Shown: piece after piece, positions 1 through 14,281 of the stretch
How positions within the stretch are numbered: the first letter of the stretch is position 1
Layout of the letters: the number at the start of each line of letters is the position of its first letter
Source: Octopus sinensis
Taxonomy: Eukaryota
DNA: 64,000 bases
Assembly (NCBI RefSeq): GCF_006345805.1
Contig: NC_043003.1
Span: 115,444,001 to 115,508,000 of the forward strand
Direction: 5' to 3'
Made by a program: the position numbers and the translations under genes
The notes under the pieces: model-generated
The model's database searches: none
Seen by the model: the letters and a program-made list of their open reading frames with translations, nothing else
Told to the model about the DNA's origin: nothing

Positions 1-416
1 AATTGCATACATATATACGGACGTACGTAGATACGTATACACATGTGTCTGTGTGTGTATACACATGTATATATATGTTTCTGTGTGAATATGTGCATGT
101 ATTTATATACGTATATGGTTTACATTAGTATAAGCATTTCTGAATAGATTTACATACACATCTACATCTGATTTGGCGCCCATGGATATGCCTGTGTATA
201 CATTCTTGCACCATTTCAATGATTGTTGTATAGATACGTGTGTATATGTGAGTGTGCGCATACCCATACACTGTGCATATATATAAAAGTGTTCATAAAT
301 TTATGCAGCCGTTTACACTCATCCAAATAGCTGTTTGTCTCTGTAAATATGTGTCATCTAGATCTCTTTCTTTATGTGTGTATATATATATAATTTTCTA
401 TCACGGATCAGTACAT

Positions 417-455
<39 letters not shown>

Positions 456-518
456 CTGTATGTGAGTATGTGTGTGTGTATGTATGTATGAATGTGTATA
501 TATATATATATATATATA

Positions 519-1493
519 GGGAAAGTTTACGAAAAAAACAAAAGACGATGACAGGTGGTGTTCAAAACAAACAGATGTATTAGTATAACGCTCAGGAATA
601 GAAAAAGTCTTTTACGTTTCGAGCCTACGCTCTTCTACAGAAAGGCCAACAGAAAAAACAAGGAGAGAAACAAGGAGAGAAAAAAATGCGTGTAGTGGCT
701 AACGATCGGACTGTTTCTGCACAGGGGCAAACCAGACTCCCGCCTTCGCCGTGAACATATATTAATCTTCTTCCTTCGTTTCTTTGCGCCCATGAATTCA
801 GTTCGCTACCTCTCTTCATTTGACACCAACGCCACGCGGATTCCCAAACAACTCACACATATATACACGTTCATACACATACTCGCGTATATACACACGT
901 CCATACGCGCACACAAAAACACCACTACATACACACACAAATACACAAAACGGACATCATTCCACACAACACATACACTAGATTATTTGTACACATACAC
1001 ACACGCCCAGGCCAATGCTTTTGCATACACAGATGAGAACCGTACACATACGTAAACACGCCAATATGTACATCCTCATACATACTATTACATGTTTCTC
1101 ATATAACTCTTCATAATGTACGCACTGGATATTTACACAAAAACGCACACATAAGTCCACACATGTTTCAGCTGGCCCACACATACACATTCACCGACAT
1201 TCATACATACACACTCACACACGCAATCCTCACATTCACATACGCGCGCGAGAGCAAATTAGTTCGACCGAGTCGCCATTATTATCCCTTTTTCATTCAA
1301 CCTCTTTCTTCTGACTATTTCAAAATGTTGAACCGTTAAATCCCTACACAATTTCTCTCTCCTTATTTTTATTATTTTGGTTTTCATTCTCCCTCCTATC
1401 TCGAAACGTAAAAGACTTCCAATCTTCCCAAATCGTCAAACTAATACACCTGCTTGTTATTCCTACATCTGTCATTTGTTTTCTGTAAATTTG

Positions 1494-1496
<3 letters not shown>
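519..1496 (+). mobile_element. 5'-truncated Penelope-like element (Neptune-like): inverted pLTR segment + GIY-YIG C-terminus + 3' UTR/pLTR, in (TA)n
   Basis: 708-823 translates (one frameshift) as GLFLHRGKPDSRLRREHILIFFLRFFAP/HEFSSLPLFI*, resembling PLE endonuclease C-termini. 519-707 is an inverted, diverged counterpart of the 3' end (1399-1496, ctcgaaacgtaaaagac...). Flanked by (TA)n. Confidence 0.7.
608..645 (-). ncRNA. Minimal type I hammerhead-like motif (family H1; core CUGUAGA)
   Basis: Reverse complement reads CCUUU-CUGUAGA-A-GAGC(GUAG)GCUC-GAAA-CG-UA-AAAGA; repeated at ~1726-1763. Confidence 0.5.
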
Positions 1497-1564
<68 letters not shown>

Positions 1565-1636
1565 GTGTGTGTCTGTATGTGAGTATGTGTGTGTGTGTAT
1601 GTATGTATGAATGTGTATATATATATAATATATATA

Positions 1637-2608
1637 GGGAAAGTTTACGAAAAAAACAAAAGACGATGACAGGTGGTGTTCAAAACAAACAGATGTATTA
1701 GTATAACGCTCAGGAATAGAAAAAGTCTTTTACGTTTCGAGCCTACGCTCTTCTACAGAAAGGCCAACAGAAAAAACAAGGAGAGAAACAAGGAGAGAAA
1801 AAAATGCGTGTAGTGGCTAACGATCGGACTGTTTCTGCACAGGGGCAACCAGACTCCCGCCTTCGCCGTGAACATATATTAATCTTCTTCCTTCGTTTCT
1901 TTGCGCCCATGAATTCAGTTCGCTACCTCTCTTCATTTGACACCAACGCCACGCGGATTCCCAAACAACTCACACATATATACACGTTCATACACATACT
2001 CGCGTATATACACACGTCCATACGCGCACACAAAAACACCACTACATACACACACAAATACACAAAACGGACATCATTCCACACAACACATACACTAGAT
2101 TATTTGTACACATACACACACGCCCAGGCCAATGCTTTTGCATACACAGATGAGAACCGTACACATACGTAAACACGCCAATATGTACATCCTCATACAT
2201 ACTATTACATGTTTCTCATATAACTCTTCATAATGTACGCACTGGATATTTACACAAAAACGCACACATAAGTCCACACATGTTTCAGCTGGCCCACACA
2301 TACACATTCACCGACATTCATACATACACACTCACACACGCAATCCTCACATCACATACGCGCGCGAGAGCAAATTAGTTCGACCGAGTCGCCATTATTA
2401 TCCCTTTTTCATTCAACCTCTTTCTTCTGACTATTTCAAAATGTTGAACCGTTAAATCCCTACACAATTTCTCTCTCCTTATTTTTATTATTTTGGTTTT
2501 CATTCTCCCTCCTATCTCGAACGTAAAAGACTTCCAATCTTCCCAAATCGTCAAACTAATACACCTGCTTGTTATTCCTACATCTGTCATTTGTTTTCTG
2601 TAAATTTG

Positions 2609-2611
<3 letters not shown>
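1637..2611 (+). mobile_element. Second, near-identical tandem copy of the Penelope-like composite
   Basis: Matches 519-1496 at an offset of ~1117 bp apart from a few 1-bp deletions. Confidence 0.75.
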
Positions 2612-2676
<65 letters not shown>

Positions 2677-2718
2677 ATGTGTGTGTGTGTGTGTGTGTAT
2701 GTGCCTGTGTGTGTATCC

Positions 2719-2992
2719 TCTCTTTACTGTTTTACTTCTTTCAGTAATTTGACTATGGCCATGCTGGAGCACCGCCTTTAGTTGACCACAAGACTTATCC
2801 TTTGTAAGCCTAGTACTTATTCTATCGTTCTCTTTTGCCGAACCGCTTAGTTACGGGGACGTAAACACAACGGCATCGGTTGTCAAGCGATGTTGGGGGA
2901 CAAACACACAAACACACAAACACACACGCACATGTATATACATATAAACATGTACTACGGGCTTCTTTCAGTTTCCGTCTACCAAATCCACT
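2719..2992 (-). mobile_element. tRNA-derived SINE family A, lacking its head
   Basis: Matches the body and tail of the copy at 4746-5150 in reverse orientation. Confidence 0.85.
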
Positions 2993-3294
2993 TTAAGCCA
3001 AAACATATACATGTTGAAATATCAAAAGAAGAGATAAATTTTAATAATGATTGAGTTAACTAATTAAGACCGAGAAATGATTGAATAAAAGAATAATATT
3101 CAGTTATAGATAGTTCTAAAGCGAAATACAAAAGGCTGAACGTTTGTGTAATTATCAATTATATTCTAATTTATATTAGTGAACAATTCGGTTGCTTCAA
3201 AAGACTGGCCATGAAGTAGGTGCCGTTGAATATCAAGTGTCGTGGATGAATTATTATGCAAATTTTGAGAAGAGTATGGTAATCATATTTTGAT

Positions 3295-4570
3295 TAAATT
3301 TTAGAGTCTCTCATTTCTTATTAATGTTTCATACAATTTTAGTCAATCCTATTGCAATGCGTCCTTTCATAATAGATCTAAAAGTCAATTTTAGAAATGC
3401 TAGTGCATGAGTCATTAAGAAACAAGAAGCTTAATTGTAGGAAGAAATAATTATAATTTGCAATAATATATATTTTGTTGAATATTGAATAAACCTCAGC
3501 GAAGAATACAGGATTCTCAAAGATACTATCAACAAAGCAACGCTTTAAAATACCAACTATGACGAAGGAAAATAATTAAATGTTATTGATGGCATTGTTA
3601 TAAAAAAATAAAGGCTCTGGGACAAAGTATTAATACAGTGATGCCAAAACTTAATAACAAACCAATTAAGAAGATGAAATGTTATATGTGAAGCTATTTA
3701 TTAATTATAAGCATGCATTGTCTTCCGTAAATCAGGGGATCCGATAAACGTGAGTACGATACTCGTACATGCGAAGGAATCCAAAACAGCGGTCTACCAA
3801 TTAGTAGAATTCCACTAAATACAAGTTAGCTTATTTGTAGTTTAACATTATCTAGCGACTATAGTGTAGCAGTAGTAGCAAACCATTTAATGACAATTTC
3901 CTATATTAACAATAAATCTTAAATATAATTACATAGCTGCAAAGGACTTTATTTATTGTTCAAAAATGTAACACGCTTAATGAGTACATTTTCCAAAATG
4001 GCGGAATATAGACATGAATGGTTTAATTCTGCAAGGAACACAGACAAAAGGCTGTTCTTATTTATGGAATAAAGGAGCTGGCGTATATTCCTCATGAATT
4101 AAGCAGAGTAATAAATGAAATACAACGGAATGAGCGAGTGAGTGTGGTAATGTACTATAAAACAATGTGTCAGTCTGCAGTCTTTGGTTGTGCTTTGTAT
4201 TCCATAATGAAATGCATAACTGTAAAATGTTCCATTGATATTTATCGTAAACGTCTCTCAGAAAACAAAAACCCACTCCAACCACATCATAACAGTCACT
4301 CGGTTTGCTAGAAATAGCAGGTACATTCTATCAAATATTCTTTATCATCTGGGGTTAAGAAAAGGAAAACTCCAAAAAGGTAATCCCATCTTAAATTTTA
4401 GAGTCTCTCATTTCTTATTAATGTTTCATACAATTTTAGTCAATCCTATTGCGATGTGTCGTTTCATAACAGATCTGAAAGCATGAGTCATTAAGAAACA
4501 AGAAGCTTAATTGTAGGAAGAAATAATTATTATTTGCAATAATATATATTTTGTTGAATATTGAATAAAC
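3295..4570. repeat. ~200-bp direct repeat pair (3295-3492 and 4392-4570)
   Basis: taaattttagagtctctcatttc...gaatattgaataaac is present twice; the second copy lacks ~20 bp. Confidence 0.85.
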
Positions 4571-4745
4571 GGAATAGGGGAGGCTCCCAGAGCATCAAAT
4601 GCTTTGCTCAGTTTCAGCGATAGACTATTACAAATCTAAACGAGACCGAAGTTTGCTATATTTACAATATGAAGACTATTTCCATTTATAAGTAAAAAAT
4701 ATTTCCGATTCATTTACGTCCTAAACAGGAAAAAATAGTTCATAT

Positions 4746-5150
4746 AGGCGCAGGAGTGGCTGTGTGGTAAGTAGCTTGCTAACCAACCACATGGTTCCGG
4801 GTTCAGTCCCACTGCGTGGTATCTTGGGCAAGTGTCTTCTGCTATAGCCCCCGGGCCGACCAATGCCTTGTGAGTGGATTTGGTAGACGGAAACTGAAAG
4901 AAGCCTGTCGTATATATGTATATATATATATGTATGTGTGTGTGTTTGTGTGTTTGTGTTTGTCCCCCTAGCATTGCTTGACAACCGACGTTGGTGTGTT
5001 TACGTCCCCGTTACTTAGCGGTTCGGCAAAAGAAACCGATAGAATAAGTACTGGCCTTACAAAGAATAGGTCCCGGGGTAGATTTGCTCGACTAAAGGCG
5101 GTTCTCCAGCATGGCCGCAGTCAAATGACTGAAACAAGTAAAAGAGTAAA
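4746..5150 (+). mobile_element. tRNA-derived SINE family A, full length
   Basis: A box TGGCTGTGTGG, B box GGTTCAGTCCC, cttgggcaagtg segment, internal (TA)/(TG) tract and GAGTAAA-type tail; 8 copies in the window. Confidence 0.9.
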
Positions 5151-6954
5151 GTGTAAAAGAGTATCTCATTCGCATTCCTAAATAACACTTGAAATAGCAC
5201 TGCCATACGAATTTCAGTGATAAAATGAATAAAGAAAAGTGATCGCTGTTTAACGAGCGTGTTTCTTGCAACGATGAGGAAAAACTCAATCAGTGGATCA
5301 CTTCCTCATCAGTAATGAAATTTGAGAAATAAAACAGTAAGACATGGGACACATTTGTACGAGATAGCGACTCTCAACCACCGGGCTGCTTAAAAGGCCT
5401 GGAATATTACTGTCTGAATGTTGTTGTTTTTGTAAAGCGAAAAAGAAAACAAAACAAAAAAATGAAAAAACGGAAAATGTAACCTCATTGAATTTATCAT
5501 GTTTTACATTTTCGAACTGTCATTGAAATGTGGACAACATGGACGGCAAAACTCACAGTTCCAACATCTGTGAAGTGTTAAGCAATAGAAATAGCTTTTA
5601 TATCTATGGTTGTTAAACCACGGAAGCATTAGTTTTATTATTGTCATTCTTTTACCATTTGTATTTAGTTTTAATTCCTTTCAATTCTTCAAGGCTGTCA
5701 CTACAACATGATTACGGGTGGGAAGTAGTGACCTAAAGAGAAGATGACAGAAAAAACTCCAGCCCTACTCCGTAACACAAAAAGCATTTCAAAGAAATAA
5801 ACAAGATCCGTACAAGTATTTACATCAGGGCTGGATTGTGAATAGTGAACGTTATGACATATTCTTTTAGAGTTTACTTCCCCACCGTCTACAAACCGTC
5901 AGAGATTTCCATCTTGATCACGAACAGTAATGTTTCTTTATACAAACTTGGCTCTTGACCAACTTTACTGTTCTACAGTTTGATGACAGCTTGAATACGA
6001 AAGAAAGGTCATCGGGGACATTACATTCCCTTCTCACTCTTTCTTAAGTGTTTTGCATTTTATGTGATAGCTTTTTCTTCATGCGTAGATTTCCTCTCTT
6101 TTCTTCACTGTAAATAATAAATGCACACACACACACACACGTATATATATGTATTCATACATATATACACATATACACATGTGTGTGTGTGTGTGAGGTA
6201 TTTCCTTCAAACTATTTCTCTTCTCCTAAAAGAACTACATTTGGAACTCTCTCTAAAATCCATTGTGTTTCATTTTGTTTTTTTTTTCAGTACTGCAGAG
6301 TCTCTATAGTAAATTTCTCCGTTGACTTCTGATACCTCTTATTGGGCAACATTTCAGTTTTAATTGAACTCGGGACCAAAACGAAAAGCGGTACCTTAAT
6401 AATGATATAATAGAATTCTGAAAAAGAAGAGGTGAAAACAAGGGGTAAAATGTCAGATGCTGAGGTGAGATGTGGACTATTATTGCATTTATCTGGTAAA
6501 CATTGGTAATCATAATTTTGACAAACGTAATATCTGCGAAAATATTTTGTTGGATAAATTATGTGGTTTATTTATGAGTTGTATTGATCGAGAAAGTGAG
6601 AGACGTGAGTAAAAGCAATAGATATAGATTGTCAAAGTAGTTTTTAATTCAATTATCAAACTGTAACGTACGGAAGAATACTAAGAGCAGAAACAGCAGA
6701 GAGCACAGCACTACCAGAAGCATTTACATTATTAACCACGTTAACTTAAAGAGAACTGAGAGATGCAAAACAATTTTAAACATGGTACTTTAAAAGCCAT
6801 GCAGGGTAGACACATATATGTGATACAAATGCGAGGCGTGGGTGGAGTTGAAGGATATACGGCATATAACAGAAACAATTACAAAATTTTCAAATTACGT
6901 AAATGCTGGGAATAATTTTAAGAATTTACTCTATTCATTCATTCATTCATTTAT

Positions 6955-7410
6955 TCATTTACTTGTTTCAGTCATTTGACTGCGGCCATGCTGGAGCACC
7001 GCCTTTAGTCGAGGAAATCGACCCCAGGACTTATTCTTTATAAGCATATTACTTATTCTATCGGTCTCTTTTGCAAATCGACCCCGGAACCTATTCTTTG
7101 TAAGACCAGTACTTATTCTATGAGTCACTTTTGCCGAACCACTAAGTTACGGGGACGTAAACACACCAGCATCGGTTGTCAAGCGATGTTGGGAGAGGGG
7201 CAAACACAACACACAAATATACACACACATATATATATACATATATACGACAGGCTTCTTTCAGTTTCCGTCTACCAAATCCACTCACAAGGCTTTGGTC
7301 GTCCCGAGGCTATAGCAGAAGACACTTGCCGAAGTTGCCACGCAGTGGGACTGAACCCGGAACCATGTGGTTCGTGAACAAGCTACTTACCACACAGCCA
7401 CTCCTACGCC
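6955..7410 (-). mobile_element. SINE family A with internal ~60-bp duplication
   Basis: Reverse copy; the aaatcgacccc...tattctat...cttttgc segment is duplicated. Confidence 0.9.
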
Positions 7411-7607
7411 TATATACTGAATTATTTTATAAAGAAATGTTATTTATGTATAAATTAGAGCACCCACTTCCAATGATGACTGTCAGCGTTCACTTTGTTG
7501 TGTTGTCTACTGTTGACGTCTTGAGATTTCACATTTAAGCTTCGACTTTAATATAAAGATGCTGAAGACAAGAGCGATGACAAACGAAAGGGCTTATTGA
7601 TTTTTGC

Positions 7608-8015
7608 GGATTCTTTCGGTTTGAACGGCAGTTTTTACTAGCGGTGTCATATGAAATTGTCACCCATAATTATGACCCTAGTATCGATCTATTGCATTTC
7701 AATGTCTTTTGGGGTTAGGGTGGGGGGGAAGGCTATCTTTTTTCTTCACAAATGTAAATAAACGCAATCTGTTTCTTAAACGAAAGACATATTCATACGG
7801 CACAAAATGTTTTTAACTCAATAGACGTTAGTGATTGGTTGAAAGTGCAGAAATTGACACAAAAAACAACAAATATCTTACAATCTATAGAATTTTCTCA
7901 ATAAAACCAAGTGAAAAAGATGTTTTATAAACACGTTCTACCAGAATACGAAGTATAAAATTCTCTAGTTACCTAGAAATTATGTTAAAAACTGCCGTTC
8001 AAACCGAAAAGATCC
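7608..8015. mobile_element. MITE family E (GGATC TIRs; Merlin-like)
   Basis: Termini ggattctttcggtttgaacggcagttttt and aaaactgccgttcaaaccgaaaagatcc. Confidence 0.85.
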
Positions 8016-8806
8016 AATTTTTCTTTCATGAAGATGAAACAAATATATGTAAAGAAAGAAATAAACTAAAGCGCGTTCGTATTTGTTCCGCCAGATTTAA
8101 AAGAATATTAAAGATTCTTCAGTTTTTGCTATTGGGAGATTTCAACCATTCAAGTTTGAATTCATGCACGCGCGCACACATACAGATATGTATGTATGTA
8201 TATATATATTTCGTTTTGGGATTTGGTTTGCAATATTCTTTATGTGAGTTCGTGTGGTGAAGCATATTCTGTTGTGTATTCTGAAAATGACTCTCCCAAG
8301 ACACAACAATATATATATATATGTATATATATATACAACTTAGACCTTAGATAAAACTTAGATATGTTTCGACCAAAGATTGTTCCAGGCCATGCCAAAC
8401 TCAAGAGCACCACCTGATAGGATTATCTAAATCCTTTTTGAGTCAAGTTTTGTTTATGGTCCATTCAAGTAGTGAGTTTTTGTTGAGTGAAATGAACCCG
8501 GTGTTATATGATTAGGAAACAAACGTTTTAACACACAGCCACGCCCTCGAGTGTGTATGCATGTGTGTATATATATGGTTGTATATATATTCATAAACAA
8601 TTTGTTGCTGAGGTAAAATGAATATATAAAAGAATAATTAAGACAAGAATTGATAAACATTTTACCGATGTGGATATTATATGAGCAAACATATTGATTA
8701 GGAATAGCTTGCAGAGATCGAAAAGACCGACTTCTGGACGAGTAATATAATATATTGGTTCTCTTAATTGCAAGCATGACATGAATGCCTCATCACATGT
8801 ATATAT

Positions 8807-9037
8807 CGTGGCACTCCGTCTGTTACGACGACGAAGGTTCCAGTTGATCCGATCAACGGAACAGCCTGCTCATAAAATTAACGTGCAAGTGACTGAGCAC
8901 TCCACAGACACGTGTACGCTTATTGTAGTTCTTGGGGGAGATTCAGCTTGACACAGAGTGTGACAAGGCTGGTCATTTGAAATACAGGTACAAATGAAAC
9001 AGGAAGAAAGAGTGAAAGTTGTAATGAAAGAGTACAG
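8807..9037 (-). mobile_element. SINE family D, 3' fragment
   Basis: Matches 42650-42885. Confidence 0.8.
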
Positions 9038-9359
9038 TACGTATGTGCAATTATAAAATGGATCTATTACACGATGTTATGACATGCACCACAAGACATA
9101 ATTTGATTGGAAAGTACTAGAGGAAAATTTGAGTAAAATTCCTCAAAAATAGAAGATACAATTATGGAAACCATACATATATCGCACTATAATGATAAAA
9201 TTAACATGTTTATTGACATCTAAAATATACACCAATCGGTGAAAATTTGACCGTACCAGTAAGATCAGCGGCTGACTACTGGTCAAAGAATATTTGGCGG
9301 GAAAGTTTATACAAAGCCATCCAGTTGAAAAGAAGCTACAAGCAACAACAAATATCATC

Positions 9360-9803
9360 GGATCTTTTCGGTTTGAACGGCAATTTTTTTTGTCATATGA
9401 AATTGTCACCCATAATTATGACCCTAATATCGATCTATTGCATTTCAATCTCTTTTAGGGTTAGGGATAGTTAGGGTTAGTTAGGGTTAGTTTTAGGGTT
9501 AGGGGTGGGGGAAGGCTATCTTTTTTTTCTTCACAAATATAAATAAACCCAATCTGTTTCTTAAACGAGGGACATATTCATACGGCACAGAATGTTTTTA
9601 CCTCAATAGACGGTCATTGATTGGTTGAAATTGCAGAAATTGAAGAAAAAAAAACAACAAATATCTTACAAACTATAGAATTTTCTCAATAAAGTCAAGA
9701 GAAAAAGATGTTTTATAAACACATTCTACCAGTATACGAAGTTTACAATTTTTTAGTTACCTAGAAATTATGTTAAAAACTGCCGTTGAAACCGAAAAGA
9801 TCC
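9360..9803. mobile_element. MITE family E with expanded internal TTAGGG-like tract
   Basis: Both TIRs present; ttagggttaggg... at ~9455-9503. Confidence 0.85.
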
Positions 9804-10799
9804 TATGATCAATTCAATTACTGGTAATAAGGCTACAAGTATATAGCAACGTCGGTTTCATATCGATTTAGAAATTCTAACGCACCAAACCAAATGTACG
9901 AGTCGAAACGGAAACGAATTCGTGTATTTAATGAAACACACACAAACCACATTTCCTTCGTTATTTTTGTCTCTTTGTTGTTCCTCCTTCTCTCTAATTA
10001 TACATATACATATTTGCAGTTATGTGTGTTTCTGTGCGCATGTGTATATACATTGTGTGTGTATGTGTGCGGCCGTTTGTCTTGAGAAGAAATGAAAGTG
10101 TAGTAAATAATTTCAAACATATTCTGTTGCTGGTAATCAACGATGTTCTGTTGGCTTTAAATATTTCGATGCACATGCGAATATTTTGCAAGCTGCTTCT
10201 CATCTTTAATTATTGATGAATTACACGGACTCTTCTTTGCCTACTTTGTGAGTAGTTTTATTTCAATAAAGACTTAAGCTTTCTCAACGATTCATAACAA
10301 TATGAGCTCTGCAAAGGGGAAGGGCAACCGCGTGAGTGCCAGTGAGAGAGTAGGTGTGACAGACAGTGAAAGTCCGTGGCTTTGTGAGGGACACTGTACC
10401 GTGCGCATCTGTTGGTGAGTTCGTATGGCGACGCATTTTAGAATGTGTGCGTGTATGATTGTTTTTGAAGGTAGGTTCGCTTCTTGGGTGCATATGTTTA
10501 CACCGCTGCGAAATATTGCACACCATATCTTGGTTCCGTTATATCAAATCTAATGTAGGCATTCGATAAACACATAGACCTCAACAAAACAAGTAGCAGA
10601 CAAGAATTAGTTCCGTGATGGATACGATCGACGAAATCGTTTGATGTTTGCACCATAGAATGACCGCATTACACTGAATGGATGCACTAATACAATAAAA
10701 TCATAAAATAATTGCTGTGGCTTCAATGAAATATTAGTTGCCTGATTGGCATGTATTCCACAAGGCTTTCAATATTCTCTCATTAATATTTGCATATGT

Positions 10800-10851
10800 T
10801 GATATATATATATATAGACAGACAGAAAGCCAGACAAATAGATAGATAGAG

Positions 10852-10910
<59 letters not shown>

Positions 10911-11059
10911 AAGACAGACACATAGATAGATAGACAGATAGATAGATATATAGATAGATAGATATATTGATAGATATATATATATATATATAGATAGATA
11001 AACAGACAGGTAGATAGATAGACTGATAGATAGGCAGGCAGATATATATATATATATAT

Positions 11060-11090
<31 letters not shown>

Positions 11091-11120
11091 TAGACAGACA
11101 GACATATAGATATAGATAGA
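10800..11120. repeat. (GATA)n/(TA)n compound microsatellite
   Basis: Directly visible. Confidence 0.95.
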
Positions 11121-11681
11121 TAGTTAAACAGATAAAGAGATACACAGATCAAGTCACCTATTATACACTAACAATATCGATTTTTTAATTATATAATCAA
11201 TAGTTATTTATCAAATTTGAGTAAGGTCAACTTTTCTAAACATCAGAAGACACCTCTCAGTATATAACGAACAATGCCTTTATGTATACAAGTGGAATAA
11301 AATAGAAATAAGGATGTAATTTTTATACGAATTATATTACCATTAGAGGGATAAAATCATTATATTATTGTTGAATAGGAAACTCCTCAATGAATGTATT
11401 CGACTTTAGTTAGATGCTACGATATAATTACCAATATACACACACACACCCATATATATATATATATATATATATATAGATATATATATATATATTAGTA
11501 ATCGTATGTACACACAGACACGCACACACACACGCACACACACACACACACACATATATAATACCATAAATGATATTATCGTTTATTTCTAATGCAGTAC
11601 GTGGCGAGGCACTTAGGTGACCCCTGATTATTATTATGTATATAATTATGGAATATTATCTATATATATATATATATAATA

Positions 11682-11746
<65 letters not shown>

Positions 11747-12270
11747 TAGACAGACAGACAGATAGATATAGATAGATAGTTAAACAGATAAAGAGATACA
11801 CAGATCAAGTCACCTATTATACACTAACAATATCGATTTTTTAATTATATAATCAATAGTTATTTATCAAATTTGAGTAAGGTCAACTTTTCTAAACATC
11901 AGAAGACACCTCTCAGTATATAACGAACAATGCCTTTATGTGGAATAAAATAGAAATAAGGATGTAATTTTTATACGAATTATATTACCATTAGAGGGAT
12001 AAAATCATTATATTATTGTTGAATAGGAAACTCCTCAATGAATGTATTCGACTTTAGTTAGATGCTACGATATAATTACCAATATACACACACACACCCA
12101 TATATATATATATATATATATATATTAGTATATATTAGTAATCGTATGTACACACAGACACGCACACACACACCCATAAATGATATTATCGTTTATTTCT
12201 AATGCAGTACGTGGCGAGGCACTTAGGTGACCCCTGATTATTATTATGTATATAATTATGGAATATTATC

Positions 12271-12275
<5 letters not shown>
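11090..12275. repeat. ~660-bp tandem duplication bounded by microsatellites
   Basis: ~11100-11665 is repeated at ~11757-12272; the copies differ by a short indel (tatacaag) and microsatellite lengths. Confidence 0.9.
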
Positions 12276-12349
<74 letters not shown>

Positions 12350-12383
12350 ATATATACATAATTGTATATACCATATATATATG

Positions 12384-12907
12384 TGGATCTGGGATGATCT
12401 ATTGGGGCTATATCTTGAAAATCGGCCGGCCAATGGTTTCCCTTCATGGCAGAATTAATAGTCAAGACTATTTAAGCATTTTATCTGAACAAATTCATCG
12501 TATGGGTACGGCACTGTTTCCGGAGGGGATGCATAATCTTTCAGGAAAATAATGCACCAATTCTCATACCGAAAGAGGTTACTGATTGACACGAGGAACA
12601 TTTTAGTGAAGTTGAACATCTTATCTGGCAACCACAGTCACCAGATCTCAATATTATAGAACATTTATGATGCATTTTAGAAAAACAAGTCAGGAGTCGA
12701 TATCCTCCACCATCATCACTACAAGAACTGCAGACTGTTTTAGCTGACGAATGGACAAAAAATTCATTTGGGAACAATTCAAACTTTGTACGAGTCCATA
12801 CAAGTAGAACTCAAGACAGTAATTACTGCCGAAAGGCGGTCCTACCTTATGTTAAGTTAAATTTGTTTGAAATTTTAAGATATCTCCATTATTGTGTCCA
12901 ACCCCTG
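12384..12907 (+). pseudogene. Tc1-family transposase 3' half with right terminus
   Basis: Translates ...LHGRINSQDYLSIL...IFQENNAP...LIWQPQSPDLNIIEHL*CILEKQVRSRYPPPSSLQELQTVLADEW with stops and frameshifts; ends tgtccaacccctg|TA. Confidence 0.9.
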
Positions 12908-12929
12908 TATATATGATATATAATATATA

Positions 12930-13122
12930 GGGAGAGTTTACGAAAAAAACAAAAGACGAAGACAGGCGGTGTACAAAACAAACAGTTGTATCAGTATAAC
13001 GCTCAGGAATAGAAAAAGTATTTTACGTTTCGAGCCTACGCTCTTCTACAGGAAGGGACACAGAAAAACAAGGAGAGCAACATGGCGAGAAAAAATGTGT
13101 GTGGTGGCTAACGATCTATCAT
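12930..13122 (-). mobile_element. Solo H1 (PLE pLTR-like) fragment in (TA)n
   Basis: Similar to 519-707, including ttttacgtttcgagcctacgctcttctacag. Confidence 0.8.
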
Positions 13123-13167
13123 AGTATATAAATAATATATATATATATAACGATCTATCATGATAGG

Positions 13168-13210
<43 letters not shown>

Positions 13211-13304
13211 TATATTAGTTCATACATTTCATACCTCCATTATATTTCCAATGTTAAAGATTCGTATCCTGTGAGCTGTCTAAGAACTAAAATATTGAAA
13301 TATT

Positions 13305-13307
13305 TAT

Positions 13308-13354
<47 letters not shown>

Positions 13355-13355
13355 A

Positions 13356-13386
<31 letters not shown>

Positions 13387-13514
13387 CCAACTTAGTGGGA
13401 GTTGGAAATAGTAAGATATAAATGTGCAGTAGAAATAGTAGTATTAGTTGTTGTTGTAGTAGAAGTGGTAGTGGTAATAACAACAGCAGCAATAGTAATG
13501 GTAGTAGTAGCAGT

Positions 13515-13599
<85 letters not shown>

Positions 13600-13612
13600 A
13601 TAGTAGTAGTAC
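13305..13612. repeat. (CTA)n/(CTG)n and (TAG)n/(CAG)n trinucleotide tracts
   Basis: Directly visible. Confidence 0.95.
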
Positions 13613-13648
13613 TGAAGATTATAAATATTTTTGTATTTTGGTTTTCAG

Positions 13649-13687
13649 AGATGCCAGAGGATGCGAATGTTTGGGAATATAAGAGAG
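13649..13687 (+). CDS. Candidate 39-nt phase 1-1 exon (xMPEDANVWEYKR)
   Basis: Acceptor ttttgtattttggttttcag, donor AG|gtaaat, open frame; no recognised homology. Confidence 0.3.
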
Positions 13688-13889
13688 GTAAATTTGGTCA
13701 CAGCTGTAGGAACTAAAATATATTCGGTTTTGTTCCTGAAGACGGCAAAAGACGAAAATATCTGATATATGTAATACTAAAAGACATATCATATAAACCC
13801 ACAGGCAGCGCTTGAATTCATGTTCTCTGTTTATATCTAATGAAATCAAACACAAAGACAAAATTCTCCCTCTCTCTCTTCTCTCCATC

Positions 13890-13891
13890 TC

Positions 13892-13978
<87 letters not shown>

Positions 13979-13987
13979 CTCTATCTC

Positions 13988-14038
<51 letters not shown>

Positions 14039-14062
14039 ATCTATCTATCTCACTCTCTATCT
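13890..14062. repeat. (TCTA)n microsatellite
   Basis: Directly visible. Confidence 0.95.
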
Positions 14063-14239
14063 ACGTAACTTCTTATATATATATATACAATATGTATGTA
14101 TACAGACAAATAAATAAGTATGTATATATATATATATATACAATACGTATGCATACAGACAAATAAATATGTATATATATATATTTATAAATACAATACG
14201 TATGCATACATACAAATAAATATGTATATATATATGTAA

Positions 14240-14281
<42 letters not shown>

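Noticed and set aside
6290-6324. Possible terminal exon after a strong acceptor (ttttttttcag)
   Set aside because: It reaches a stop within ~11 codons and no upstream exon was identified.
9455-9503. True telomere or chromosome-fusion site
   Set aside because: The short TTAGGG tract is internal to a multicopy MITE.
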